Of a stretch of 64,000 nt of DNA, positions 30,588 to 42,462 are shown in pieces. The position numbers and the translations under genes were made by a program. This stretch comes from a virus. The first letter of the stretch is position 1, and each line of letters opens with the position of its first letter. The notes under the pieces are model-generated. The model was not told the DNA's origin. It saw only the letters and a program-made list of their open reading frames with translations, and ran no database searches. The stretch lies in IMG/VR virus record IMGVR_UViG_3300024346_000022, positions 32,748-96,747 of that record; one strand, given 5' to 3'.

Positions 30588-30797
30588 TTAGTTCTTATAA
30601 AGGTCTTCTAATCTTTCTTTGGTGAGGTCAACATATAAAAGTTCATCACCTTCTTTTGGTGCCTCTGGGTGTTGAGGTTTTCTTGGAGTTCTCATTTCTT
30701 TATTGATGGATTGGATGTTTCCCCACATCATCGCAAAGGCACCTCCGGCGATGACTGCGAAGAATGTGAAGTAGATGAAGATTAGAAAGGGGTTCAT
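30588..30797 (-). CDS. DUF2973-like membrane protein
   Basis: TM helix, AFAMMWGNI, HPEAP..GDELLYVDL. Confidence 0.7.
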   Translation of the reverse strand: MNPFLIFIYFTFFAVIAGGAFAMMWGNIQSINKEMRTPRKPQHPEAPKEGDELLYVDLTKERLEDLYKN

Positions 30798-31504
30798 TTT
30801 CTTCCAATCCTCCAACCATCACCAGGGCATTCTAACACAAGTTTACAATTTCCGAGACCATCATTCCACCATTTTTTACCTTTCTTTGCTTCACTTAATT
30901 TTTTCCGGGTTTCTTCTGTTGGTTGTTTACCTTTATGTGCTTCACTCATTTTCTTTCTAGTTTCTTCTGAATATTTTCTTCCTATCATATATTGATTACC
31001 TTTTTGTGCCTCACCAACTTTTCTTTTAGTTTCGTCTGAAAGTTTTTTACCAACATTCCAAGTATTTCCAATCATTCTCTGTCTGATTTTATCTTTGTGT
31101 TCCTCCGATAGTTTTATTCCTTTTCTTTTTTCACTTATTTGTCGTTTTTGTTCTTCACTCATTTCTTTCCCATAGTTGGGATTTTTTTCACCGACTCTTA
31201 GTTCACTTAATTTTTTTCTTGTTTCTTCACTTACTAAAAGTCCAGAAACACCTTCACCACCATCGGTTCTGTTTCTTAGTATACCAGTTCTCAAATCTTT
31301 TCTACCAAATACGACGATCATATAGATTTCGTGTCTAAATGCTTCTGTTTCGGTTAAGTTCTTTTTAAGAAAGATTATTCTTGATTTATCTTTCGGTGGT
31401 CTTATATCACCTTTATTTTTATTAAATATTCTATTTCCTTTACCTTTACCAATATAGTAAGGGGTACTGTCTTCACGCAAATATGCGTAGGTATAGTAAT
31501 ACAT
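30794..31504 (-). CDS. Free-standing GIY-YIG-like homing endonuclease with NUMOD3 repeats, downstream of psbA
   Basis: YYTYAYLRED..PYYIGKG...LRNRTDGGEG; several SEETRKKxSE repeats. Confidence 0.85.
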   Translation of the reverse strand: MYYYTYAYLREDSTPYYIGKGKGNRIFNKNKGDIRPPKDKSRIIFLKKNLTETEAFRHEIYMIVVFGRKDLRTGILRNRTDGGEGVSGLLVSEETRKKLSELRVGEKNPNYGKEMSEEQKRQISEKRKGIKLSEEHKDKIRQRMIGNTWNVGKKLSDETKRKVGEAQKGNQYMIGRKYSEETRKKMSEAHKGKQPTEETRKKLSEAKKGKKWWNDGLGNCKLVLECPGDGWRIGRK

Positions 31505-31538
31505 TTCTACTCTGTTATGGTTCGCAATACTATTTATA

Positions 31539-31595
31539 CAAGAAAAGGTGCCGAAGCACCTCTTTCACCTGATAGATGCGAACCACACAGGTATT
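31539..31595 (-). ncRNA. Candidate small RNA (second copy of the module) antisense to the leader of endonuclease 30794-31504
   Basis: TATAAATA (31598-31605), ACCTG/CAGGT stem, GAGGTGC-TTCG-GCACCTT plus U-rich tract, TATAAATA (31531-31538). Confidence 0.55.
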
Positions 31596-31605
31596 AGTAT
31601 TTATA

Positions 31606-31633
31606 TAAAAAAAGGAACTCCGAAGAGTTCCCT
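31606..31633 (-). terminator. psbA intrinsic terminator
   Basis: GGGAACTC-TTCG-GAGTTCCT followed by a T-run. Confidence 0.8.
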
Positions 31634-31659
31634 TATTATACCATTATTTGGTTTTTATA

Positions 31660-33671
<2,012 letters not shown>

Positions 33672-33830
33672 TTGTTAAAAAGGGGGTAAGTATGAGTTCG
33701 GGGGACGAACTTGGTATAGTATACTCCACGATACCCTCCGTCGTGGATATGAGGGATGCTTTACTTCTCTTGATCCCGGTTTGAGAAGACACGGTTCTCA
33801 GAATTGTCACATTCCTTAACCCCGTGTATG
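33672..33830 (-). promoter_or_regulatory. Long structured psbA 5' leader (possibly a PhotoRC-type motif)
   Basis: About 160 nt with hairpins TCCACGA/TCGTGGA, AGTTCG/CGAACT and TTCTC/GAGAA. Confidence 0.5.
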
Positions 33831-33835
33831 TATAT

Positions 33836-33864
33836 ATCATACCATTGTGTGGAAATCCTGTCAA
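33836..33864 (-). promoter_or_regulatory. Sigma70-type psbA promoter
   Basis: TTGACA-17 bp-TATGAT. Confidence 0.75.
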
Positions 33865-33943
33865 TAGGTGGAAATACCCATAAGACCTGGTATAAATAAA
33901 GGGTTTTTAATAAATATAAGTGTAATCAAAACATCTCATCTCC

Positions 33944-34057
33944 GTGCCAAAATCACCGAACAAAGGTAAGAAAGGTTCTACTGGAGGAAAGCGTCCCAAA
34001 CAAAATCAGGGAAATGCGGCCGCTAAAAAAGCAAAGAATGGCGGCAAGAAGAAGTGA
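33944..34057 (+). CDS. Small Lys/Gly-rich basic peptide (37 aa)
   Basis: GTG start, PKSPNKGKKGSTGGKRPKQNQGNAAAKKAKNGGKKK; late promoter TATAAATA at 33891. Confidence 0.5.
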   Translation: MPKSPNKGKKGSTGGKRPKQNQGNAAAKKAKNGGKKK

Positions 34058-34063
34058 GGAATT

Positions 34064-34258
34064 ATGCCACGCGAATTCAACACTCCTCATAGAAAAGATT
34101 GGAACGCACCGATACATAACATTCTCAAAGCAATAGATAATCATACTCAAGAATACTTTAAAAGTGGCGATACTTGGCATCTACAAAAAGCACAAATACT
34201 CCGTGAGTATGTTGCGGAATTAAAAACTTGGATACATCTTCAGGAAAAAATTAAATAA
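34064..34258 (+). CDS. Conserved cyanophage hypothetical protein
   Basis: GAGG RBS; WNAPIH..LKAIDNH motif. Confidence 0.65.
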   Translation: MPREFNTPHRKDWNAPIHNILKAIDNHTQEYFKSGDTWHLQKAQILREYVAELKTWIHLQEKIK

Positions 34259-34272
34259 ATATTTCAAAAACG

Positions 34273-34485
34273 ATGGACTTCAAAATTAATATGGGAACAT
34301 TACTTACTTCTGTTCTTGGTGCTGCTTTGATTGGTGGTTTCACTGGATTTTGGACTGTCTCCCAGAATACTCTAGTGAATACTAAAGATGTAGAGAAAGT
34401 CAAAGAAGACGTACAAGAACTTAAAAAAAATCAAGAAAAACAAAATGATTTATTACTTCAAATTCTACAAAATACTAAAAAATGA
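34273..34485 (+). CDS. Single-TM coiled-coil protein (possible lysis accessory)
   Basis: Hydrophobic helix followed by heptads; near the endolysin. Confidence 0.5.
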   Translation: MDFKINMGTLLTSVLGAALIGGFTGFWTVSQNTLVNTKDVEKVKEDVQELKKNQEKQNDLLLQILQNTKK

Positions 34486-34581
34486 CTGACCCAGTATGGA
34501 GCGTAAATATCATACTTGCCCTTGGAATGCTTGGTGCTGCCTGGGTAATATACTACATACTCATATTAGACACTAAAGAAA

Positions 34582-34923
34582 ATGTATCAGTACAAAATCA
34601 AAAAGATACACAGAATCATTGATGGGGATACGGTTGATGTAGAAATAAGTTTAGGGTTTGGTATTACATTATCTCAAAGAGTTCGTCTCAAAGGAATTGA
34701 TGCTGCCGAAACAAAAACCAAAGATCTCAAAGAGAAAACTGAAGGTCTCCTAGCAAAAGAATGGTTGGAGAAAGAACTTTCCAAACCCGGTGAATGGATT
34801 ATAGAAACCACAAAAGATGATAAGTACGGAAGACTACTTGGAACACTATACCTAGTTGGAGAACCAGTAACCGTGAATGAGAGAATGGTAAATGATGGAA
34901 TAGCAAGACCTTATATGGTATGA
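34582..34923 (+). CDS. Thermonuclease (SNase-like)
   Basis: RIIDGDTVD...RVRLKGIDAAE...DKYGRLLG...NERMV. Confidence 0.9.
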   Translation: MYQYKIKKIHRIIDGDTVDVEISLGFGITLSQRVRLKGIDAAETKTKDLKEKTEGLLAKEWLEKELSKPGEWIIETTKDDKYGRLLGTLYLVGEPVTVNERMVNDGIARPYMV

Positions 34924-35070
34924 GAAAGAGACTTCTTCCAATTCTCATTCTATTAAGATTACTGACTAATGATGGAATGTTTTTAGAAAATAGAAGACCT
35001 CTACCGAAACGACAACCAGTAGAGGTCTTGAGATTTATAAGAAGACCTGCGAAAAAAGGCAGGACGTTAT

Positions 35071-35739
35071 TTAGATAACACTAATACATCTATTATAATA
35101 TTTTTTACGATCTTCTAATCCACGATAACCACCATTTACTTTTCTGGTTACATCTTCTACGGTAGGATTTTTATCACATAAGGCATTCATATTATTATTA
35201 TGCCACCAAAAACCGCCGCTGGTTGCTGGATACTTAACTGCGACATAATCTACTCCATTCATAATCTTTGGATCATTCATATACTTGGAGAATGATGCGT
35301 AGTTTACTCTGCCCGTAAGTTGAATAAATCCGGCGCCTTTGTACTTTCTTCCGTCACCCGGTTGAGTATTTCCTATATCTCTTCTTCCCTCATAAGCATC
35401 ACCGGAAGCAAGTTCTTTCATCCATTTCCCGGCACCAGATTCGTGCGAGATTTGAGAAATAAAATGTCTCATTCGGGACTGGGTATTAATCTTAAAAAGA
35501 TTTAGACAACTATTCAAGTCATTAATTACAGCGTCCGTGATTGAGTTTTCGTTTGATCCCCAAATAGAAGCAAGTTGTTTCTTGGTGATAAGTAATTTAA
35601 CTTCAGGTTGTTTACGATATAATTTTTCAAACTCTTCTAAAACATATGGAAGAGTATTTTCTTGTAGGTACTCAAATGCTTCTATTTGTTCTTTGGTTCC
35701 CTTAAAATGTTTTGCAGCGTCTGTGAATTTGATAGTCAT
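35071..35739 (-). CDS. GH19 chitinase-like endolysin
   Basis: FISQISHES...[20 protein letters not shown]...TRKVNGG..GLEDR. Confidence 0.9.
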   Translation of the reverse strand: MTIKFTDAAKHFKGTKEQIEAFEYLQENTLPYVLEEFEKLYRKQPEVKLLITKKQLASIWGSNENSITDAVINDLNSCLNLFKINTQSRMRHFISQISHESGAGKWMKELASGDAYEGRRDIGNTQPGDGRKYKGAGFIQLTGRVNYASFSKYMNDPKIMNGVDYVAVKYPATSGGFWWHNNNMNALCDKNPTVEDVTRKVNGGYRGLEDRKKYYNRCISVI

Positions 35740-35741
35740 AA

Positions 35742-36251
35742 TTAACTCTCCTGATATACGGATACAAAGACTGTTCCGGTTTTTGTAAGTGGTAATACCT
35801 TATCTCTTAAGTCTTGATTATGCATTCTCACACATCCGTGAGTGGAGAATAGTTTCTGTTTTGGTAACCAAGCGCCAGGCCAACCACAGGCACTACCGCC
35901 ACCGTGTATCATAATGCCTCCACGACCATACTTATTTTCCTGATTCTCAAGTTCCACCAAATCAAAACTATACCATCCAAATGACATTAGAGTTCTATCA
36001 TAGGATGGAGTTGGATCCTTTTCATAGTCCTTATGAATTGTTCCAATTTTATAAAGACCAGGTGGGGTATCGGTAGTTTGTAATTTATACTCAAAATCAC
36101 TTCCCTGACCTCTCGCCAGTGCCGGAAGTTCCCATAGTACTTTTCCAGAAAAATCAAATGCCTTAACTTTTTCGGTAATGTCATTCACTACCAAATGACT
36201 ATCACCTTTTTTAAATCCAAAATCTTGTGGGCGTTTTTTGGGACCAATCAT
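35742..36251 (-). CDS. L,D-transpeptidase (YkuD) domain protein
   Basis: TPPGLY, IMIHGG, and STHGCVRM catalytic His/Cys. Confidence 0.8.
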   Translation of the reverse strand: MIGPKKRPQDFGFKKGDSHLVVNDITEKVKAFDFSGKVLWELPALARGQGSDFEYKLQTTDTPPGLYKIGTIHKDYEKDPTPSYDRTLMSFGWYSFDLVELENQENKYGRGGIMIHGGGSACGWPGAWLPKQKLFSTHGCVRMHNQDLRDKVLPLTKTGTVFVSVYQES

Positions 36252-36434
36252 TTTTTAATACCTAAACTCTTCTAATTTATTTAGGAGTTTCTTGGTATAT
36301 AATAAAAAAACTCCCCCAATATTTAGGAGGAGTACATTGATGCTTTAATTACAATCGCAGATATGCATAATACGATGAAAATATCCACAATTAACATTTT
36401 AGTAAGTTTGTAAGGTTGTTAAGAGTATAATATA

Positions 36435-36554
36435 CTAAAAAACTCCAGGAAGTAATTGTCCGGTGGTAAGATAAGTACCAACGGCAATTACAAAGCCCAA
36501 CATCGCAAGTCTTCCGTTTAGAATTTCTGCCTCGGGGGTAAATCCAAATTTCAT
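36435..36554 (-). CDS. hli: High-light-inducible protein (39 aa)
   Basis: MKFGFTPEAEILNGRLAMLGFVIAVGTYLTTGQLLPGVF; AGGAG RBS; not in the ORF track. Confidence 0.92.
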   Translation of the reverse strand: MKFGFTPEAEILNGRLAMLGFVIAVGTYLTTGQLLPGVF

Positions 36555-36651
36555 AATTTTTCTCCTTAATAAGTTTCAGAAAGTTGATTGATAGAATGTG
36601 CGAAAAGCACAATAAGAGTAATACTTGTGATAGTAAAAATAAATTCACTCA

Positions 36652-36861
36652 TCAGAATACACCAAAGAAAAGGTTTCCTGTGAGTGTATAAGAGACAACT
36701 GCGGCGACAAATCCAAGCATCGCCCATCTTGAATTTGCCTTTTCTGCCTTTTCTGCATAAGTCTCAAGTGCATAACGCTCTGCGTCATCAGGAGACACAT
36801 ACATTTCAGGTTCTTTAGCGAACATATTCATTTGCCCGCGTTCATCAGTCGTAACAGTCAT
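36652..36861 (-). CDS. hli: High-light-inducible protein
   Basis: NMFAKEP...AEKANSRWAMLGF...TGNLFFGVF; TTGACA-17-TATAAT upstream. Confidence 0.9.
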   Translation of the reverse strand: MTVTTDERGQMNMFAKEPEMYVSPDDAERYALETYAEKAEKANSRWAMLGFVAAVVSYTLTGNLFFGVF

Positions 36862-36943
36862 TGTAGTTTCATTAAGAACTATAACAATATTATATATGAG
36901 AAGACGGGTCTTGTCAAGGGTCTTAAGTCAGCATCCTCTAACT

Positions 36944-37726
36944 TTATGACGGGTTTGTAATTCTTCCAAGATATGGATCATAATTCATCAAGTCATCGAT
37001 TGTCATATCAGAACCCTGGGTTTCCCAGAACTGAAAAAGACCATCACGACTTTGGCGATGAAAAACATCAATGTGCTCTGGATGTATAGTGGACCCCAAC
37101 TCTATCTTATAAAGAAATAAAGGAATTGAAAAAGTATTGCCAGAATTATAAATCAAATCATCCGCCACTGCTCTGGGTTTGACCCCCTGATCGAGTTTAT
37201 ACTTATCACCACGACAATGAAGGTCAATTAGTTTTTTTGCGTGATGGCGAGTAATGATATATGCCGCTGTTGAAAAATCATTCACAAATCTCTTATGAAG
37301 TTTAACGTGTAAATCACCAGTACAAATAATCGCAAGTTGAATTACATCATAATCATAAGGAACTTTAGCGACAAAATCACTCCAAGTAAAGTTCCAGAAC
37401 TTTGCTGTCTGTAAATCTACATCATCCTCCATAATGACCGCATATGGACTTTCAGAGGTTTCTATCCAGTGCTTGAGTGCCTTAAGATGAGAGGTGGTAC
37501 ATCCAATCTCACCGGTAGTCATATTATCCGGATACTTTCCCTTGATAATTTCACTCAAGTCATCTTCTCTTCCATCATATGCAGAGATACGAGTATAGTT
37601 TTCAATTTCCCAGTACTTAAACTGCTCTTCCATATAGTCCATTCTTTCTGGTTGCCCATCAAGATTTAGGTAATATATCGGTCCAATATTTTTAAATTTA
37701 TATGCTGCCTTATTTTTATCCATCAC
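36944..37726 (-). CDS. GT25 glycosyltransferase
   Basis: YLNLD...R; GEIGCTTSHLKA; IMEDD. Confidence 0.85.
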   Translation of the reverse strand: MMDKNKAAYKFKNIGPIYYLNLDGQPERMDYMEEQFKYWEIENYTRISAYDGREDDLSEIIKGKYPDNMTTGEIGCTTSHLKALKHWIETSESPYAVIMEDDVDLQTAKFWNFTWSDFVAKVPYDYDVIQLAIICTGDLHVKLHKRFVNDFSTAAYIITRHHAKKLIDLHCRGDKYKLDQGVKPRAVADDLIYNSGNTFSIPLFLYKIELGSTIHPEHIDVFHRQSRDGLFQFWETQGSDMTIDDLMNYDPYLGRITNPS

Positions 37727-37729
37727 GAA

Positions 37730-38575
37730 TTAAATTTTATTTAAAGTATAAGATTGATATTGTCTTAAGTATTTTTGGGATTGGTAATGTCTATCTAATT
37801 GTTTTTGATTTAAACTTTGCAAATATTGCCATAATTCATTATTTTTTTTAATGTATGGATTACCAAAACCAGAATTATGTCCCCTAAAATGTTCTAAATG
37901 GTATACATAAGACTTGTCAATCCTACCTATCTTATATCCAAGAACACTAAATCTAAAATATCTTTCCTTATCTTCTGGGGACCAGGAGATAAAGTTTTCA
38001 TTTTCCATCCCCCCGCTAATATAGGATTTTGTTTTAAAAAATTGAACATGCCCAAACTCGGATCGATGAACATCATAACTTTTTTCCAAAACTGAAAAAT
38101 CAAAATTTTTATTAATAAACTCACTTACAAGTTCATCAGTTGTAAAAATTTGATATTGGTAATCACCAAGTCCATAGGGATAAACTAAATCATAATTTTG
38201 ATTCAAAATAAGGTTTACTGCCTCAACACATGTTTCCGGTTTTAATAAAGCATCGCAATCATAATTGACAACAACATCAGTGACTACCTTATCTAACATT
38301 TCATTTATAATTTTCATTCGATGAAATTCGGGATTATCAGATTGCTTAAACACATATGTTAAATTATTAAGTTCATCTTCATTTAAAAATTCTCCAATTT
38401 GTTCTATTACATATTCTTGTACAAGAGATTTTTCATCAGATTCCTTTAATATTACTTTAGTATTAAAAGTTTTAAGAAGATAACAAAGAACTGTAGTAAT
38501 ATTTCTAGTCCTGTCTTCGGAGTCAATCCTAATAGGAATTATAAAAGTGCAATTTGATAAATCTATTTTTTTCAT
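37730..38575 (-). CDS. GT-A glycosyltransferase (GT2/GT7-like)
   Basis: FIIPIR, YDCD DxD motif, GGMENENFISWSPED, YHLEH. Confidence 0.75.
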   Translation of the reverse strand: MKKIDLSNCTFIIPIRIDSEDRTRNITTVLCYLLKTFNTKVILKESDEKSLVQEYVIEQIGEFLNEDELNNLTYVFKQSDNPEFHRMKIINEMLDKVVTDVVVNYDCDALLKPETCVEAVNLILNQNYDLVYPYGLGDYQYQIFTTDELVSEFINKNFDFSVLEKSYDVHRSEFGHVQFFKTKSYISGGMENENFISWSPEDKERYFRFSVLGYKIGRIDKSYVYHLEHFRGHNSGFGNPYIKKNNELWQYLQSLNQKQLDRHYQSQKYLRQYQSYTLNKI

Positions 38576-39354
38576 ATTTTAATCCAATCATTCAAATATA
38601 AATCATGTGTTTGATTTTTGGAGGTATTACCTTCTGTACCAAACCAATGTTTGGGTGCTATCACTTTTTTGGATTTTGCTAACCAAGCGCCCCACCATGA
38701 GAATGATGAATTGGCAATGATGTGATTATGACACATACTCATTAAACACAAATCAATAGATCCATTATGAGATTCGGAAATCATAAATCTATCAGAATCA
38801 AATAAAGATTGAGATTGACACCATCCGACATCATCAGAAAAAATCATTACAGGAATATTGGCATCAAATCGATCTAATGCTTTTTCATAATATGAAAGAT
38901 TGCATGGAGGGTGATTTGCAGAATTAGAAACATAATCAGTTCTCCTTACATGTAGAGCAATAATATCATCAAAATTAAAATTAGACATACAAGGTTCTAA
39001 AATATATTTTTTGAACTTAAAGTCTTCTCTGATACTGTCTTCGATGTGTTTGAAATATTTTTCACTCTGGTAATATCCATGTAAATTCACATTATCTGAG
39101 CATTTATCTACATACTCAGGATCATAGTGAAATTGTTTTTCTGGATAAAATTCTGCCGGTATAAATCCAATATTATTTACATTACCCATTTCAAAAACAT
39201 CAAATAGTTTGTTATCTTTCCACTTATCACCATAATCGGTTTTAGGAATACAAAAATTATAACCTTTAGTTGCGGCAATTCCCCTCAAAGAAGCATACTG
39301 AAACATTTGATTTGCTAATCTACCATATTGTCCAAGATAATTAAATCCAATCAT
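38572..39354 (-). CDS. GT11 alpha-1,2-fucosyltransferase
   Basis: GRLANQMFQYA, GYYQSEKYF, HVRRTDY, IIANSSFSWWGAWL. Confidence 0.92.
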   Translation of the reverse strand: MIGFNYLGQYGRLANQMFQYASLRGIAATKGYNFCIPKTDYGDKWKDNKLFDVFEMGNVNNIGFIPAEFYPEKQFHYDPEYVDKCSDNVNLHGYYQSEKYFKHIEDSIREDFKFKKYILEPCMSNFNFDDIIALHVRRTDYVSNSANHPPCNLSYYEKALDRFDANIPVMIFSDDVGWCQSQSLFDSDRFMISESHNGSIDLCLMSMCHNHIIANSSFSWWGAWLAKSKKVIAPKHWFGTEGNTSKNQTHDLYLNDWIKI

Positions 39355-39358
39355 TTTA

Positions 39359-40147
39359 TTAAGAATAAAGAATATTTTTTTTATCGGCGGGTGAATGAAT
39401 CATCTTTGCGGAAAAATCAAACTCATTATCGGGATAATTTCCAGGCTTTGCAAAGGAAGGATGTAGTATGTGAAAATCATCATAATTTTCAATCCTATAT
39501 CTATTTAAATGACTTTCATCATGTGCCGATGCCATTACATTATTTTCCAAATCTTTTTTGATTCTTTCATCAAGTTCATCAATTAATTTAAAAATTTCTG
39601 GAATTTTACCACCCCAAATACATCCCTGAAGATATATATCATCCTTTTCTTCTTCTTCAGTTACACACGATAAAGATCTTTCATTCCTTTCAAAAGGCAA
39701 ATATTGAAGAAATTTACTCCAGTGATTACTAAAAGTTGGATGCTGAACTCCAAAGAATGATTTTTTATCGTTAAAAAACTCTTGATATGCAATGAGTTGA
39801 TTACAACAATACATATCAGCATCAAAGTACACATACCAATCATAATATTTTAAACGATCTTCAATTTTTTTAATCTCACCAAATCTTCTCAATCCACCAA
39901 TACTATTATACATCAAATTATACCAATTGTCTGCAGAATAATCTGATGTTGTAATTTCAATATTTTCAGATGATGATACAATTTTAATATTGTCCGGAAT
40001 ATCTTCCCCAAGATCTCCATCAGTAAAAACAAAAAAATCTTTTTCACATTCTGGGACAAAATATTCCATCAGTGTCTCATAATATCTTGGAAAAAACTTG
40101 AGGTAATTTCCAGTTCCAATGAAGTTTATTGCTATTTTTTTGTTCAT
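39359..40147 (-). CDS. GT6 (ABO-type) glycosyltransferase
   Basis: IGTGNY, FVFTD, DAD, GCIWGG, HDESHLNRY. Confidence 0.85.
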   Translation of the reverse strand: MNKKIAINFIGTGNYLKFFPRYYETLMEYFVPECEKDFFVFTDGDLGEDIPDNIKIVSSSENIEITTSDYSADNWYNLMYNSIGGLRRFGEIKKIEDRLKYYDWYVYFDADMYCCNQLIAYQEFFNDKKSFFGVQHPTFSNHWSKFLQYLPFERNERSLSCVTEEEEKDDIYLQGCIWGGKIPEIFKLIDELDERIKKDLENNVMASAHDESHLNRYRIENYDDFHILHPSFAKPGNYPDNEFDFSAKMIHSPADKKNILYS

Positions 40148-40148
40148 A

Positions 40149-41096
40149 TCAGTTGTTGGAAATTATTTTTTCAATGGAGGGAATATAATACTTTTGAAGT
40201 ATTTCTTTCCAATCAAATTGCTTTGAGTATTCTACAATTTCTTTTCTATTATTTACGGCATATTTTCTATTCTCATTAATTTTATCCTCAACATACTCCA
40301 AATCAGAGATTTTATTTTCAGGAATAATCGTAATAAATTCTTTACTACTATCTAAGTTTGCCTTTCCCCATTCACAAACAACTACACCAAGTCCAGCAGA
40401 AAGTGCTTCCATACAAACAAGTGGATGTGCCTCTCCATCAGAAAGAAGAACAAGGTTTCCGTATTGAGTTAAGTCCTCATATAATGTATCTTTATTCCAC
40501 TCACCTAGATAATTTTTAGAAGTATCAAATCTACCATCAGAAATGTTTCCAGCATACCAAAGACTAGAAATAGATTGGAACATAAACTGACGTTTTCTAT
40601 AATCTATCTTTGCAAGATAAATGGAACGATCAGGATATTCAGGATTATCTACATAATTAAATTTAGATCTATTAACTCCATTTGGTGTCAGAAATAACTT
40701 ATCTTCAGGAATATTCAATAATACTTTATACATATTCTGAATTCCTCCAGATAAACAAAAAGTATTCGGTCTAAGACGAGCAAATTCATTGGCAATATTT
40801 GCATATCCACCAAAGAGTTCAGGTCTCTCTAAGTAACCATAATGACTCGTAATTGCCTTTGGTTGTTGAATATGAGGATATAAAGTAATAAATTCATCAT
40901 AATGAATGTGAACAAAATCAGGTTCAAAAGAATTGACATCTTTTATAATCTGATTATAATCTTTAGTATTCACAATTTGAACTTGATGTCCTAAAGATTC
41001 TAAAGCAATTTTAGTGTCCCATATAAGAATTTCTACCGCACCCCAACCAAGAGGTGGAATGGGCATAATTCCGGGACCGATTATAGATATTTTCAT
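40149..41096 (-). CDS. GT-B (GT4-like) glycosyltransferase
   Basis: PIPPLGWGAVE, PNGV, EAHPLVCMEALSAG. Confidence 0.85.
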   Translation of the reverse strand: MKISIIGPGIMPIPPLGWGAVEILIWDTKIALESLGHQVQIVNTKDYNQIIKDVNSFEPDFVHIHYDEFITLYPHIQQPKAITSHYGYLERPELFGGYANIANEFARLRPNTFCLSGGIQNMYKVLLNIPEDKLFLTPNGVNRSKFNYVDNPEYPDRSIYLAKIDYRKRQFMFQSISSLWYAGNISDGRFDTSKNYLGEWNKDTLYEDLTQYGNLVLLSDGEAHPLVCMEALSAGLGVVVCEWGKANLDSSKEFITIIPENKISDLEYVEDKINENRKYAVNNRKEIVEYSKQFDWKEILQKYYIPSIEKIISNN

Positions 41097-41899
41097 GCCA
41101 TTTCTTGAAATAAACAAAGATGATTTTTACCATTGACTCTATGAAACTTAGTAAAAAGATTCTCTTTTGTTTTACAGAGATATCCAATTGCTATTTGTTC
41201 ATTATTTACAATTTTATTCTCAATCATATAATCCAAAACATAATCAATTTCATTGCTGATATTTTCAATGGCAGTTTTATTTCCACCAAACATACTTCCA
41301 CAAATAAAGGAACGATTATCCCAAAAATAACTTTCGGATAATGTTTGAGAATTTACAAGGTCAGGATAACATTCAGTATTATACTGGATTAAGAAGGTAT
41401 TGTCAAGTTGATCCAATTCCAAAAGCGCATCTTCACTAGGGTAATCGTTTTCAAGATTACAATCATACAAAAATCGACTAGCACCTGCATCCAACCAAAA
41501 GAAAAATTTAGAGTCAAAAGAATTATTTTCGGATGCTTTTTTCAACCATTTAAATTTAGAATATTGAATGACAGGATACATTGAATAGTTACACTCAACC
41601 CTATTTGTGTCTGCCATATTTTCTTTATAAAATTCAGAATCAATAACTTCTTGAATTGAATTTTTTAAATGAAAATATGGGATTTGTTCTAGAGGTTCAA
41701 CAATAATTTCAGTTGGCAGGTCTTGTCTAATTTCTTTAATGGTTTCAACCAGATACTCTTCAGTAAAAATAATAAAAGGACATTTTATTTGTAGTGTCTT
41801 TGAAAACCATTCAAGATAATCTTCCCAACTTCTATTATCATCTCTTTGCAGTTCTTGGACATTATACAGAGAAGTAACAATTGCAAAATCAGTTTTCAT
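41093..41899 (-). CDS. HtrL/WlaTC-family glycosyltransferase-like protein
   Basis: IVTSLY, FFWLDAG, GSMFGG, NNEQ. Confidence 0.7.
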   Translation of the reverse strand: MKTDFAIVTSLYNVQELQRDDNRSWEDYLEWFSKTLQIKCPFIIFTEEYLVETIKEIRQDLPTEIIVEPLEQIPYFHLKNSIQEVIDSEFYKENMADTNRVECNYSMYPVIQYSKFKWLKKASENNSFDSKFFFWLDAGASRFLYDCNLENDYPSEDALLELDQLDNTFLIQYNTECYPDLVNSQTLSESYFWDNRSFICGSMFGGNKTAIENISNEIDYVLDYMIENKIVNNEQIAIGYLCKTKENLFTKFHRVNGKNHLCLFQEMA

Positions 41900-42461
41900 T
41901 TTTATAGAGGTAGATAATGTCGTCATATTTATTTTTATTTGCTCTTAAATCAATGACTTTAAAAGTATTAAGAAATTCTTGATTCTGCCAACCTGGATTG
42001 GCATCAACATCTTCAATAATATAATAACCACCTGGTTTAAGTTTTGATTTAAGAATGTTCCAAGTTTTTAGTGTAAGACCTGGGTCATGAGAAGCATCAT
42101 CAATGATTAAATCAAATTGTGGGCAGTTTTCAAATAAACTTGAATCATCTTGTGATCCTTCTGGTAATAAAATAAATCTTCCTCTTTCTTCTTCTGTGAG
42201 TTGGAGATTCGAATATTCTTTATCAAATCCATAGATTTTAGTTTTATCTGAAAAAATATCTCTCCACATTCTCAGACTATATCCAGAAGATACTCCCACT
42301 TCCAAGATACAAAGATCTTTGTTATCTTTAACTTTCTCAAAAACTTCAGGATAAAAAAGTTCATAAGAATGATCAGATCCTTTATCACTACACCCAGTCC
42401 ATGGAGTAGAACTATAGTGTTGAATAATTTCTTTTGCTTTTTCTTTAAATGATTTTGCCAT
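41889..42461 (-). CDS. Class I SAM methyltransferase
   Basis: SDK..HSY, LEVGV, IIDDASH, LKPGGYYIIED. Confidence 0.85.
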   Translation of the reverse strand: MAKSFKEKAKEIIQHYSSTPWTGCSDKGSDHSYELFYPEVFEKVKDNKDLCILEVGVSSGYSLRMWRDIFSDKTKIYGFDKEYSNLQLTEEERGRFILLPEGSQDDSSLFENCPQFDLIIDDASHDPGLTLKTWNILKSKLKPGGYYIIEDVDANPGWQNQEFLNTFKVIDLRANKNKYDDIIYLYKNEN

Positions 42462-42462
42462 T

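Noticed and set aside
36391-36648. 85-aa minus-strand ORF in the track
   Set aside because: Wrong frame; it overlaps the real hli gene at 36435-36554, which has its own RBS
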